Assembly: GCF_002075285.3 (NCBI RefSeq)
Contig: NZ_CP021983.2
Span: forward strand, 570,001 to 602,000
Length of the DNA stretch: 32,000 nucleotides
Reading direction: 5' to 3'
Source of the DNA: Halomicronema hongdechloris C2206
GTDB lineage: Bacteria > Cyanobacteriota > Cyanobacteriia > Phormidesmidales > Phormidesmidaceae
A program made the translations under genes and the position numbers. Of the stretch, positions 16,149 through 26,050 are shown in pieces (positions within the stretch are counted from its first letter, which is position 1; each line of letters opens with the position of its first letter). The notes below the pieces were generated by a model. The model did no database searches, had not been told where the DNA came from, and saw only the letters and a list, made by a program, of their open reading frames with translations.

Positions 16149-17351
16149 ATGCTTAGTCAGATCAAAGCCATCAGTGAGAAAATCGCCCCCCGCCTGATTG
16201 AAATTCGCCGTCACCTCCATAGCCATCCCGAACTCAGTGGCCAAGAATATCAGACCGCTGCCTATATTGCAGGCGTCCTGTCTTCCTGTGGCTTGCGAGT
16301 GCAGGAACTGGTAGGGAAAACCGGTGTCATTGGCGAACTGGAGGGGAGTGATCCGAATCGTCGCCTCCTAGCCATTCGCAGTGATATGGATGCCCTGCCC
16401 ATCCATGAACTGACCGAACTGGAGTTTGCCTCCAGCAAACCCGGCATCATGCATGCCTGTGGTCACGATGTACACACCACTATTGGCTTAGGGACTGCCA
16501 TGGTCTTGTCCCAGTTAGAGAGCCCTTTGGCAGGGTCCATCCGCTTCCTGTTTCAGCCAGCCGAAGAGACTGCCCAGGGGGCACGCTGGATGATCGCCGA
16601 TGGCGTCATGGAAGGGGTAGATGCCATCTTTAGCCAGCATGTCTATCCCGTGATCCCAGCCGGCACCATTGGTATTCGCTATGGAGCCCTGACGGCGGCA
16701 GCCGATGATTTGGAAATTGTGATCACCGGAGAATCAGGCCATGGCGCCCGACCCCACGAAGCCATTGATGCCATCTGGATTGCTTCCCAAGTGATCACCA
16801 CGTTGCAGCAATCCATCAGTCGTACCCAGAATCCACTACACCCAGTGGTGCTAACCATCGGCCAAATTTCAGGGGGGCGCGCGGCCAATGTCATCGCTGA
16901 CCGGGTTAAGTTACTGGGGACAGTGCGCTCCCTGCACCCCGATACCCATCAGCACTTGCCCCAGTGGATCGAGGACATCGTTGCCGCGGTTTGCCAACCC
17001 TATGGCGCCAACTATCAAATCAATTACCGCCGAGGGGTGCCATCAGTCATGAATGACCTAGAGCTTACCCAGCTGACGGAGGTCTGTGCTGAAGATGCCT
17101 GGGGTAGCGATCGCATCCAGCTGATTCTGGAACCATCCCTAGGAGCTGAAGACTTTGCCCTCTACTTAGAGCATGCCGTTGGTACCATGTTTCGCCTGGG
17201 CGTTGGGGGAACCGATAGGTCTCAAAACTATCCGCTCCATCATCCTAAGTTTGACGTGGACGAGACCGCTATCACCACAGGAGTTGTCACCATGGCCTAT
17301 GCAGCCTGCTGCTACTGGCAGAGAGCCTGTCCCCTGGGCAAGGCTCCTTAG
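16149..17351 (+). CDS. M20-family amidohydrolase (N-acyl-amino-acid amidohydrolase / hippuricase type)
   Basis: M20D motifs are present: IRRHLHSHPELSGQEYQTA, IRSDMDALP, HACGHDVHT, FQPAEE, GHGARPHE. Confidence 0.85.
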   Translation: MLSQIKAISEKIAPRLIEIRRHLHSHPELSGQEYQTAAYIAGVLSSCGLRVQELVGKTGVIGELEGSDPNRRLLAIRSDMDALPIHELTELEFASSKPGIMHACGHDVHTTIGLGTAMVLSQLESPLAGSIRFLFQPAEETAQGARWMIADGVMEGVDAIFSQHVYPVIPAGTIGIRYGALTAAADDLEIVITGESGHGARPHEAIDAIWIASQVITTLQQSISRTQNPLHPVVLTIGQISGGRAANVIADRVKLLGTVRSLHPDTHQHLPQWIEDIVAAVCQPYGANYQINYRRGVPSVMNDLELTQLTEVCAEDAWGSDRIQLILEPSLGAEDFALYLEHAVGTMFRLGVGGTDRSQNYPLHHPKFDVDETAITTGVVTMAYAACCYWQRACPLGKAP

Positions 17352-17812
17352 CAGGACTCGCACTTTGCTAATGGGCTCGAGTCTAATACGGAGTCCCATG
17401 CGGCCAATTCAAATCCTAGAGAGGTTTAGCAGCATTTAGGCAGCAGTGCTACCATAGCGGTGAGACTCATGTACGCCACGTTTATAACAAACCTCCAATA
17501 AACGTCAACTAATTTCATCCACTGACAGAAATATTGAGATAAGTTAATCATGTGGATTGACACATCATCTGACCGGGCTCTGGCAATTAGTTTTAGACGC
17601 TGAGATCTTCCACCCTGTCTTGAAGCGCACGGCTAGGCTGCAATTGCAGCCTGAACGTCTAGCTCAGACCATGTCGCTTCGGGGCAGCAGATCCTCAACG
17701 CAATCATCGATGACTGTTTCGCCTAGGGTGAGGTGAATAGTCTAGGTAGCGGTTGTTTCTAATTCATTGCCGGTGTCCCCGTTCATCCCTCAGGACGCTG
17801 CTGACTTCTTCC

Positions 17813-18334
17813 ATGACATTGCCCCTAAATTGCGATTCTTGTGCCCTCCCGGCGTTCGCTGCAGAGGAGGCATCCCCAGGTCATTCCGGGAAGAAACGGC
17901 CTCAAGTATTGGTCGTCGATGATGATGCCGACAATTTGCAATTGGCCTGCTATGTTGCTGAGCAGGCTGGTTATGCAGTTTTGTCGGCCAAAACCGGTCG
18001 TCAGGCGCTCGAGCTGATTGGCCATCAAGCTATCGATTTGCTGTTGCTGGATGTAGTGTTGCCAGAATTGGATGGATTCGCCGTCCTGAAGCGGGTGAGA
18101 GCTGGGGCAGACCAGGCGTTAATGGGGCCTAGATCATCTCAGGCGTTACCGGTGATTGCCATCACTGCCTTAGCATCGGAGGCGGATCAGAGGGAAATCA
18201 TGGCAGCCGGATTTAATGATTATCTCTGTAAGCCCTACTCAATTCAGGCCTTAGAAAGCCTTTTGGCTCGTTATTGTCCCTTAGACAATCCAGCCATTAT
18301 TGCCCCGGAATCGCCTCTCACTAGCCAGCGCTAG
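17813..18334 (+). CDS. Stand-alone CheY-like response regulator receiver protein
   Basis: The REC domain shows VLVVDDDADN..., DLLLLDVVLPELDG (phospho-acceptor Asp), VIAITA and LCKP. The track start is TTG 17753; the first ATG is 17813. Confidence 0.75.
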   Translation: MTLPLNCDSCALPAFAAEEASPGHSGKKRPQVLVVDDDADNLQLACYVAEQAGYAVLSAKTGRQALELIGHQAIDLLLLDVVLPELDGFAVLKRVRAGADQALMGPRSSQALPVIAITALASEADQREIMAAGFNDYLCKPYSIQALESLLARYCPLDNPAIIAPESPLTSQR

Positions 18335-18753
18335 ATTAGCAAAATGCCTGATGCGGTTTAGAGGCGATTGGCCAACTGCCTGGATAGTAGGCAGATAAGT
18401 CTTTCAGAACTACCGTGAATGCTCACACGAAATCGCTGCAAGCCTAGACAGAAGTTGTCTTGCCGGCGCTTTAAAATTTCCTTGGCAAATTAACTCCTAG
18501 GGATTCGCGTAGATTTACCCCAGACATTTGGGGAGTTCTCTCGCTGATGCCTCGATGGGGGGTCGTTAACCTACTAATAGATGGCGATGGCACCCACGGG
18601 CTTCTCTGCCAACGAATAGTCTTGGCTACTCGATTGCCAGTCTAAAGGGTGATGCGTCACCAGGCAGTATCTTCAAAGATCAAGGAAGATCAAGTAGTCT
18701 CGTGGGTTGCATCAATTATATTGGCAGCTCATTATATAGTTTCTTCGCTCCCC

Positions 18754-19011
18754 ATGACTTCACACCTTCATGCCGCACCAACAACCGCTGATCAGCAAGT
18801 GCTGTGTTGCTATCAAAACCACAGCAGCAAAATTCAAGTGATTCGGATTGCCGACATACCAGATCAGTATTTTGAGCGGGTGGTTTTTCCTGGTCAGCGA
18901 TTAATGTTCGAAGCGATTCCTGAAGCTCGCCTTGAGGTTCATACTGGCAGTCCGGTGGGAGCTATTTTGGCCGATACTATCCCGTGCGATCGCATCCGGG
19001 TAACCACCTAG
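18754..19011 (+). CDS. DUF1830-like small cyanobacterial protein
   Basis: LCCYQNHSSKIQVIRIADIPDQYFERVVFPGQRLMFEAIPEARLEVHTG....ILADTIPCDRIRV matches my recollection of the DUF1830 consensus (CxYxN...I.RI.....YFERVVFPGQRLLFEA). ATG 18754 is preferred. Confidence 0.6.
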   Translation: MTSHLHAAPTTADQQVLCCYQNHSSKIQVIRIADIPDQYFERVVFPGQRLMFEAIPEARLEVHTGSPVGAILADTIPCDRIRVTT

Positions 19012-19104
19012 GGCTCAGGCATTAGCCCACCACCTGGGCTCAAACCACAGCCAGGGAAAGCCCCGTGGTTACTATCAGTGGTCCTAATTCGGGCTTAGCG
19101 AAAT

Positions 19105-19815
19105 TTAGCGAATCAATCCAGACCGTAGGGCTCTTACTGCCGCCTGAGTGCGGTCATTTACGCACAGCTTATTGAGAATACTACGGACATGGGTTTTCAC
19201 CGTGCCGATGGTGATATAGAGCTTCTCAGCGATATCGGCATTACTGCCCCCTGCGGCGATTAGCTCCAAGATCTCTAATTCTCTATCGGTTAGGGGGTAG
19301 GTCTCGATGAGCTGTTTGTGCTCAGGGGTAATGGCATCAATTTCCACCGTCGCGTCCTGATGCGCTTCCTCAGTAGCCTGAGCATTGCGCATCTGCCGTA
19401 GCACGATGTTGGCGATGGCCGGATCAATCCAACTGTGACCTTGGGCAGTTTCCATCACAGCTGTCATGAGTTCGGCTGTCGCCAATTCTTTGGTGCAGTA
19501 AGAATGGGCACCAGCAGAGAATGCTGCCAGCACCGAATCCTCGCTATCGTGCATGGTTAGGATCAATATTCGGGTTGGCTGTTCCTGATTCGCTTGAGCT
19601 TCTTGGATCTGCCGGGTCAGTTCAATACCGTCAATGTCAGGCAACCCGATATCGACAATGGCGACGTCGGGGTGAGTATCTGCCACTAGCTGCAACCCCT
19701 TGGCACCTGTGGCTGCTTCCCCCAGAAAATTGAGCCCATGCTTCTGCAAAGCTGTCTTGAGCCCCATCCGAGTCAGATCATGATCTTCAATGAGGGCGAC
19801 GCGGATTGCTTCCAT
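19105..19815 (-). CDS. NarL/FixJ-type response regulator (REC + LuxR-type HTH)
   Basis: REC motifs are RVALIEDHDL and VAIVDIGLPDIDG. The C-terminal LuxR HTH reads LTDRELEILELIAAGGSNADIAEKLYITIGTVKTHVRSILNKL. The interdomain linker is unusually long. Confidence 0.85.
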   Translation of the reverse strand: MEAIRVALIEDHDLTRMGLKTALQKHGLNFLGEAATGAKGLQLVADTHPDVAIVDIGLPDIDGIELTRQIQEAQANQEQPTRILILTMHDSEDSVLAAFSAGAHSYCTKELATAELMTAVMETAQGHSWIDPAIANIVLRQMRNAQATEEAHQDATVEIDAITPEHKQLIETYPLTDRELEILELIAAGGSNADIAEKLYITIGTVKTHVRSILNKLCVNDRTQAAVRALRSGLIR

Positions 19816-20319
19816 AACTGAGTCTCCAGATACCTCTACCTAGTGGGGCAGGCTCAATCATTAAACCTTAGACAGGGTCAGACGTACAGGCCTAGGGACA
19901 GGCAAGAATTAACTCCCGAGCCAATTCTCTAAACTGAGTTTAAGTATAATCAAATTCTTCTACTAAATGTCTTCTATCACATTGACCATAGTCTAAACTC
20001 TCTCTCTAGACAGAGCAATTTAGCGAAATCTCTCAGTTATGATGCATACACTACCTCAGGAAAATAAGACTTTAAGAAAATGGCGTCCGCTGCTAGGCTC
20101 ATCAGTCCTCGGCGCAAGCTCTGCGGAGATATCCTGGGAGATGGTTTGCCCTGCTAGCTTGGCAGCAAGGGCGTTCTATCGTATAGGTCATTTCTCTGAT
20201 TCAAAAAAAGTCAGTAGCATGGGCGCCGCTGATGCCAAGGGACTGTTTTAGCGACATATAACACTAGTGTTTCAATATCTTCATGTTGTCTATACGATCA
20301 AATGCTGGATAGATAGCAA

Positions 20320-21525
20320 ATGTCCTCTGTCAGTTACAAGAGGCCGCCCTACATTTTGGCGGTTGATGATTTACCCGATAACTTAGAGCTGATACAGGCC
20401 ATTTTGGATGGCGAAGGTTATCGTATCCGCTACCTGGACAGCGGCACTAAGGCTTTGGAGCACATCCGCAAAGAGCCTCCCGATTTGGTGCTGCTAGATG
20501 TCATGATGCCGGATTTAGATGGTTATGAAGTCACTCACCACCTGCGTCAAGATAAGAGCCTGCCGTACATTCCAATCCTACTGATTACGGCCGATGATCA
20601 GTCTAATGTTGTCCGCGGGCTAGATGCTGGCGCCGATGATTTCATTCGCAAGCCAGTTGATATCGATGAGCTGTTGGCCCGGGTGCGATCGCTACTGCGC
20701 CTCAAGCACAGCATGGACGCCCAGGCGAATATGGTAAAGCAGCGAGATGATTTCGTGGCTCGCCTCACCCATGATTTGCGGACTCCTCTCGTAGCTGTCA
20801 ATCGAGTCTTACAATTCTGCCTGGAGGGAGTCTATGGCGAGCCTCCCTCAGACATGCAAACGGCCTTGGCTAATGTGCTGCGTAACAACGATAATTTGCT
20901 GCAGATGGCCAATACCCTCTTAGAGGTGTATCGCCACGAGGCTGGCCACAAACATCTTGCCTTTTCCCCAGTCAATCTGTGGGAATTAGCAGCTACGGTG
21001 ATTACCGAACTGAAGCCTCTCTGTCAGGAAAAATCATTGTACTTGACCCTTTGTCAAGAAACCAAGGTAGTCAATCCAGATAGCATTCAGCATCAAATAG
21101 AAATGCCACAATTCTGGGTCAAAGGTGACCGCTTAGAACTGCGGCGGGTAATCACCAATTTAATTGGCAATGCGATTAAGTTCACCGAGCAGGGCGGCGT
21201 TACTGTACGATTGGAGTCAACCGAGACTGACTCCGTGCAACTTATTGTTAGTGATACAGGACCTGGGATTACCCCTGAAGAGCAAGAGCAAATATTTGAG
21301 TGGTTCCGGCCTGGGAAGCATCGCCGTGCTAACAGTGGGTTAGGACTACATCTATCTCGCCGAATCGCTACTATGCATGGGGGTAGCTTGCAGGTAACAT
21401 CCTCGTCAGAGGCTGGCAGCGACTTCATTTTAAAGCTGCCAAGAGTGACCACACCGTCCCCAAAGTGCCTGAATCAGACGGCTGACGCCCAAGTCGAAGC
21501 GACCGTCTCGACTTGCCCCCTCTAA
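20320..21525 (+). CDS. Hybrid REC - HisKA - HATPase_c histidine kinase without a sensor domain
   Basis: The N-terminal REC shows ILAVDDLPDN and LVLLDVMMPDLDG. The H-box is FVARLTHDLRTPL, the N-box LIGNAIKFT, the G1 box DTGPGI and the G2 box GLGLHLS. Confidence 0.85.
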   Translation: MSSVSYKRPPYILAVDDLPDNLELIQAILDGEGYRIRYLDSGTKALEHIRKEPPDLVLLDVMMPDLDGYEVTHHLRQDKSLPYIPILLITADDQSNVVRGLDAGADDFIRKPVDIDELLARVRSLLRLKHSMDAQANMVKQRDDFVARLTHDLRTPLVAVNRVLQFCLEGVYGEPPSDMQTALANVLRNNDNLLQMANTLLEVYRHEAGHKHLAFSPVNLWELAATVITELKPLCQEKSLYLTLCQETKVVNPDSIQHQIEMPQFWVKGDRLELRRVITNLIGNAIKFTEQGGVTVRLESTETDSVQLIVSDTGPGITPEEQEQIFEWFRPGKHRRANSGLGLHLSRRIATMHGGSLQVTSSSEAGSDFILKLPRVTTPSPKCLNQTADAQVEATVSTCPL

Positions 21526-21785
21526 GAGTTTTATCAGTGGTCATCAGTTCATTGGGAATAAAATTCGAGTACTACTAGCGCCATGAGGAACTAGCCCTTA
21601 GGTAGAGGTTTAAGATTCGAAATAGTGTCATCCTAGAATCGATAGGTCGTTATCGAGCCTAGCTTTGGATCAGGTCTGAAAGCTCGTTCGCAAGAAGGCG
21701 TTAGTCCTGAGCTGAGCTTGGCATATGGCTACTTAATTTCCCGACGGCCAAACAACTACTATTCGTTCAGCACTACCTCTGAAGT

Positions 21786-22739
21786 ATGACCTCCGCATCC
21801 AGCGATATTGTCCGCAGTTATCTCAAAGAGATTGGCCGTATCACCATGCTTACTCGAGAGGAAGAAGTTTCCTTCGGTAAGCAAGTGCAGCAGTGGGTGA
21901 AGCTGCGAGACCTGAAGGAAGAGTTGACCGACACGTTAGGGCACGAGCCCAGCCATCAGGAATGGGCCCATGCTGCCGACCTGACCGAAGAGGAGTTAGC
22001 CCAAATTCTTGAAGATGGCGAACAGGCTAAGCAGCGCATGGTCGAGGCTAATCTGCGATTAGTGGTGTCAATTGCTAAGAAGTATACTAAACGCAATCTG
22101 GATTTGATGGACTTAATTCAGGAAGGTACCATTGGGCTGCAGCGGGGAGTTGAGAAGTTTGATCCGCTAAAGGGGTATCGCTTTTCGACCTATGCCTACT
22201 GGTGGATTCGTCAGGCCATCACCCGGGCCATTGCCGATAAGGGTCGTACAATTCGGCTACCGATCCATATCGTTGAGAAGCTGAATAAGATTCGAAAGAC
22301 CCAACGGTCCTTAGCGCAAGAGCTGGGTCGCGCTGCCAAAGTCTCTGAAATCGCCAACGCCCTAGATATGCCCAACGAACAAGTGCGGGCGTGTTTAGAG
22401 CAGGCCCAGCGTCCCATGTCCCTCAATATGTTTGTGGGCGATCAGCAGAACACCGAATTTGGTGAGATGCTGGAAGATAAAGGAGAAAACTCTCCCGAGG
22501 ATTATGCCACCCACTCGGCCCTGAAGCAGGACTTGGAAACCTCAATGACACGCCTGACTCCGCAGCAGCAACAGGTGCTGGCGCTTCGCTTCGGCCTGGA
22601 TAATGGTAAGGGCTTATCTTTAGCGAAAGTCGGCCGACAAATGAATGTCAGCCGGGAGCGGGTGCGACAGATTGAGCGAGATGCCATGAAAAAGCTGCGT
22701 AGTCTTCGTCCCGATATGAAGTCTTACTTGGCGGTCTAA
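21786..22739 (+). CDS. Group-2 sigma-70 family RNA polymerase sigma factor
   Basis: [19 protein letters not shown] covers region 1.2/2. [27 protein letters not shown]...[16 protein letters not shown] covers regions 2.1-2.4. The region 4.2 HTH is [21 protein letters not shown]. At 317 aa there is no long region 1.1. Confidence 0.9.
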   Translation: MTSASSDIVRSYLKEIGRITMLTREEEVSFGKQVQQWVKLRDLKEELTDTLGHEPSHQEWAHAADLTEEELAQILEDGEQAKQRMVEANLRLVVSIAKKYTKRNLDLMDLIQEGTIGLQRGVEKFDPLKGYRFSTYAYWWIRQAITRAIADKGRTIRLPIHIVEKLNKIRKTQRSLAQELGRAAKVSEIANALDMPNEQVRACLEQAQRPMSLNMFVGDQQNTEFGEMLEDKGENSPEDYATHSALKQDLETSMTRLTPQQQQVLALRFGLDNGKGLSLAKVGRQMNVSRERVRQIERDAMKKLRSLRPDMKSYLAV

Positions 22740-23872
22740 TCTGCCTCAGGCTCCAGTGCCAAATTGTCTCGGTGGACAACGGTGTCAGCTCCCTCGTAGC
22801 CTAGCACCTCTGGAATTTGATCAGAGCGACAGCCACGAATCTGATGCAGTTCTTGGGAATCGTAATTGACGATGCCGCGAGCTACTTCTTGGCCGTTAAC
22901 ATCACACAACTGGACTGCATCCCGGCGTTGAAACTCTCCTGTCACCTGAGTGATGCCGGCGGCTAAGAGTGACTTCCCCCCTTGGCGGATGGCCTGCACG
23001 GCTCCTGCATCTAGATAGAGTCGTCCTGTGGGCACTAAACTGTTGGCAATCCAGCGCTTACGGGCGTTGTTAGGGCGCGGGTGAGGGGCAAACTGGGTGC
23101 CTAGGGGCTCGCCGGCCAAAATCTTCTCAATATTTTCGGGATGGCGTCCTTCGGTAATGGCCATACGAATGCCAGCGGCCGTAGCAATGCGAGCAGCCTC
23201 TAGTTTTGTCGCCATACCGCCGGTGCCCCACTGAGACCCGCGATCACCGACGACAATCTGCAGATCTTCTAGCTGTTTGAGCTTATCTACCTGATGGATG
23301 GGGTGGGCATCGGCATGATGGCGAGGGTCGGCTGAATACAGGCGATCGACATCGGTTAGCAAGAATAACCAATCGGCCCCGACTAGACTAGCTACCAAGG
23401 CTGACAGGGTATCGTTGTCTCCGAATTTGAGTTCCTCAATGGCCACCGTATCGTTTTCATTGACGATGGGGATAATGCCTAACTGGGTCAACTGACGGAA
23501 CGTGCGATAGCTATTGACATAGCGAGAGCGCTGCTCTAAGTCGCTACGGGTGAGCAAAACCTGAGCAATGGGCTGGCTCAGGGCTGAAAACAGATCGTCA
23601 TAGACTCGCATCAGGCGACCTTGGCCTACGGCGGCAACGGCTTGTTTCATTGCAATGGTGCGGGGGCGTTCACTCAGCCCGAGACGCACACAACCCACCC
23701 CCATGGCACCAGAGGAGACGAGAATTACCCGATGATCCTGTTGCCGTAGACGACTCAGGGTTTCTACCAAGCGAGCAATGGTGGACAGGGCTAGATAGCC
23801 ACTCTTGCCTTGGGTCAGGCTTGAGGTACCAATTTTGACGACGAGGGTTTGGGGGCGGGGCACAGTTGCCAT
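22736..23872 (-). CDS. proB: Glutamate 5-kinase with C-terminal PUA domain
   Basis: [18 protein letters not shown] and NENDT are amino-acid-kinase motifs. The C-terminal PUA-like region is [21 protein letters not shown]. Confidence 0.9.
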   Translation of the reverse strand: MATVPRPQTLVVKIGTSSLTQGKSGYLALSTIARLVETLSRLRQQDHRVILVSSGAMGVGCVRLGLSERPRTIAMKQAVAAVGQGRLMRVYDDLFSALSQPIAQVLLTRSDLEQRSRYVNSYRTFRQLTQLGIIPIVNENDTVAIEELKFGDNDTLSALVASLVGADWLFLLTDVDRLYSADPRHHADAHPIHQVDKLKQLEDLQIVVGDRGSQWGTGGMATKLEAARIATAAGIRMAITEGRHPENIEKILAGEPLGTQFAPHPRPNNARKRWIANSLVPTGRLYLDAGAVQAIRQGGKSLLAAGITQVTGEFQRRDAVQLCDVNGQEVARGIVNYDSQELHQIRGCRSDQIPEVLGYEGADTVVHRDNLALEPEAD

Positions 23873-23968
23873 AGCCAGGAATCACTCTACAGTTAGCGTT
23901 CTCTTCTCCGTGAGAGTCGACGTCTCGCGAAATTAGGAAAGGATTAGTGTTGGCCAGTTAACCGAGAC

Positions 23969-24070
23969 ATGACTGATGGGTCAACTGCCGAGGCTAAGAA
24001 AACTGACTGGCTTACCGCTGCCCAAAGCATCATGGCAGTGGCTATGAATGCCATCATCACTGATGGTTAA
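23969..24070 (+). CDS. Mini-ORF A, 33 aa, paralogue of mini-ORF B
   Basis: Hand translation gives MTDGSTAEAKKTDWLTAAQSIMAVAMNAIITDG*. It shares 13 of 32 aligned residues and an upstream 10-mer, GTTGGCCAGT (23949-23958), with the ORF at 30944-31042. It lies in an otherwise empty 490-nt intergenic region. Confidence 0.35.
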   Translation: MTDGSTAEAKKTDWLTAAQSIMAVAMNAIITDG

Positions 24071-24365
24071 TGCAAAAGTATAGGCACTGGCCCTGAAATC
24101 TGGAACCAATGCCTATACACCCTATATCAACTTTGTCCAAGTCTACCCCCGCAGATCACCTACGGAAATCTTTAGGGTCGACTTGGTATAAACTCTAGGA
24201 TCTTTATCAAGTGCTGATCCCATTAAAATCATTATTATCATCGCAACTGAGAGAACTATTGCCCCAGGTTTATCATTTTTTCTTTATATTTCAGCTTGCT
24301 AACGTTAAGCAAAGAAGTGTTGCAGAGTGTCTCTAAGCTGGGGACCAAATCTAATCGTCAGTGTC

Positions 24366-24890
24366 TCAAGAGGAGAATGTCTGTAGGGACACGCCCAATT
24401 TTTGGGATAACCACACCTCGAAGGCCCGCACCCAAGAATATCTGGCCACTTCCCCAGGACTGATCATGGGGTCCACCAGGATGGTGAACAGACCCATGCG
24501 ATTGCCTGCCAGGACATCGGTAAAGAGGCGATCACCAACCATGGCTATCTGTTGAATCGGCAGATCCATGGCGCCAATAGCTCGCCGCAGTTTTCGTCGG
24601 GAAGGCTTGCGGGCTCCCATGATGTAGGGCACATCCACTGACTGGGCAATGCGACGAATACGGCTTTCATTCAAGTTGTTGCTGACCAACCATAGGGAGA
24701 CTAAGGGTTTCATCTGCTCACACCAGGTTCGTACGGCTTGGTCTGCCTGGGGACAACGTACGGGGACCAGGGTTTCGTCGACATCTAGCACTAACCCTCG
24801 CAATCCATGGTGATGGATGATGTCTGGGGTTAGCCCGATAACAGAATCCCCCAGCACAAGATCGGGCTGTAAGAGCTTACCCCAGGTCAT
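24366..24890 (-). CDS. YqeG-family HAD-IIIA phosphatase
   Basis: HAD motifs are present: LVLDVDETLV (motif I), LWLVSNN, MGARKP, and GDRLFTDVLAGNRMG (motif IV). ATG 24890 is preferred. Confidence 0.8.
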   Translation of the reverse strand: MTWGKLLQPDLVLGDSVIGLTPDIIHHHGLRGLVLDVDETLVPVRCPQADQAVRTWCEQMKPLVSLWLVSNNLNESRIRRIAQSVDVPYIMGARKPSRRKLRRAIGAMDLPIQQIAMVGDRLFTDVLAGNRMGLFTILVDPMISPGEVARYSWVRAFEVWLSQKLGVSLQTFSS

Positions 24891-24946
24891 ACTCGTTCCT
24901 CTTGGTGGATAAAACCGATACAATTCGATGGGCTGCTAGGAATCTA

Positions 24947-26029
24947 TCAATTCTCGGCTCCATTCTCAGCTGCCTCTGAACCTTGATCAGCTTGCTGAGC
25001 CCGAATTTTAGCCTGAGCCGCTTCGTGCTCTTCCAGAGTACGACTGAAAATATGGGTACCATCGTAGCGGGCCACGAAGTAGAGGTAGTCTGTATCGGCT
25101 GGATTCAGAGTCGCCTCTAGGCTAGCTAGCCCGGGGCTGGCAATGGGCGTGGGTGGTAGGCCCGGATTCAGATACGTGTTGTAGGGGGAAGGGGTGCGAA
25201 CTTGAGCTAGGGTCAGTGGTTGATCAGGGGTCTGTTGAATATTCAGGGCATATTCTACGGTGGGGTCGGCTCCGAGGGGCATATCCTGTTGCAAGCGCTG
25301 CATAAAAACGCCAGCAATTAGTTGGCGCTCATCGGCTACAACAGCTTCTTTTTCGACGATGCTGGCTAAGGTGACCCACTCCAGCAGGTTAAGCTCGGTG
25401 GTGGCCTCTTGATAGCGGGGTAGGGCCACGGCTTCGAAGCGATCTAGCATCTGTTGCACGATGGCCTCAGGGGTGACACCTGCTATGGGCAGCTGATAGG
25501 TATCTGGGTAGAGCAACCCTTCTAGGTGGGGCAGGTCGTCGGGTAGCCAAGGGTATCGATGGCGAGGAAGCTGCTGGGTTGCTGCGAGGAAGGCAGCGGC
25601 AGGAAAGAAACCCTCCGCCTCGAAGAACTCTGCCATCTGCTGTCGCGACCAGCCTTCGGGAATTGTGAAGGTTTGCTGCAGTACCTCCCCTTGCCAAATC
25701 TGGGTTGCGATCGCACCTAAAGGTTGACTGGGCGTCAGGGCATAGGTACCCGCCTGAAAGGCTCCCTGGGGCTGACGCAACCGCTGCCAGCGGGCCCAAA
25801 GGTCCCAGGCCAACGCCGAGCGAATCAAGCCGGCCGCCTCTAAATCCTCACCAATCTGCTGGCCAGACGTCCCCCTAGGAATATGGATTTGAATAGCGGT
25901 GTCAGCGTCAGCCTCCACAGGGGCACTGGCCCAACTCCACCAAGCCCACCCCTGCCAACCAGCTACGGCTACCGCTGCCGGGAGTAACAGGCTGTAGAAA
26001 ATGGCTCTCGATAGGGTTTGGGAACGCAT
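24947..26029 (-). CDS. mltG: Endolytic murein transglycosylase MltG (YceG-like)
   Basis: There is an N-terminal TM anchor. The YceG signature is EGLLYPDTYQL, ASIVEKEA, LGADPTVEYAL and SPYNTYLNPGLPPTPIASPG. The start is ATG 26029 or GTG 26041. Confidence 0.85.
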   Translation of the reverse strand: MRSQTLSRAIFYSLLLPAAVAVAGWQGWAWWSWASAPVEADADTAIQIHIPRGTSGQQIGEDLEAAGLIRSALAWDLWARWQRLRQPQGAFQAGTYALTPSQPLGAIATQIWQGEVLQQTFTIPEGWSRQQMAEFFEAEGFFPAAAFLAATQQLPRHRYPWLPDDLPHLEGLLYPDTYQLPIAGVTPEAIVQQMLDRFEAVALPRYQEATTELNLLEWVTLASIVEKEAVVADERQLIAGVFMQRLQQDMPLGADPTVEYALNIQQTPDQPLTLAQVRTPSPYNTYLNPGLPPTPIASPGLASLEATLNPADTDYLYFVARYDGTHIFSRTLEEHEAAQAKIRAQQADQGSEAAENGAEN

Positions 26030-26050
26030 AGGCACAGCCACAGGGCAGGG

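Noticed and set aside
20039-20251. 70-aa ORF in the divergent region between the NarL-type RR and the hybrid kinase
   Set aside because: It lies in a probable promoter region and has no SD or recognisable motif, so it was left uncalled. It could still be a real small gene, and expression data would decide.
24290-24330. AACGTT-centred near-palindrome downstream of yqeG
   Set aside because: The stem is only 5 bp with mismatches and has no U-tract, so it is not convincing as a terminator or operator.
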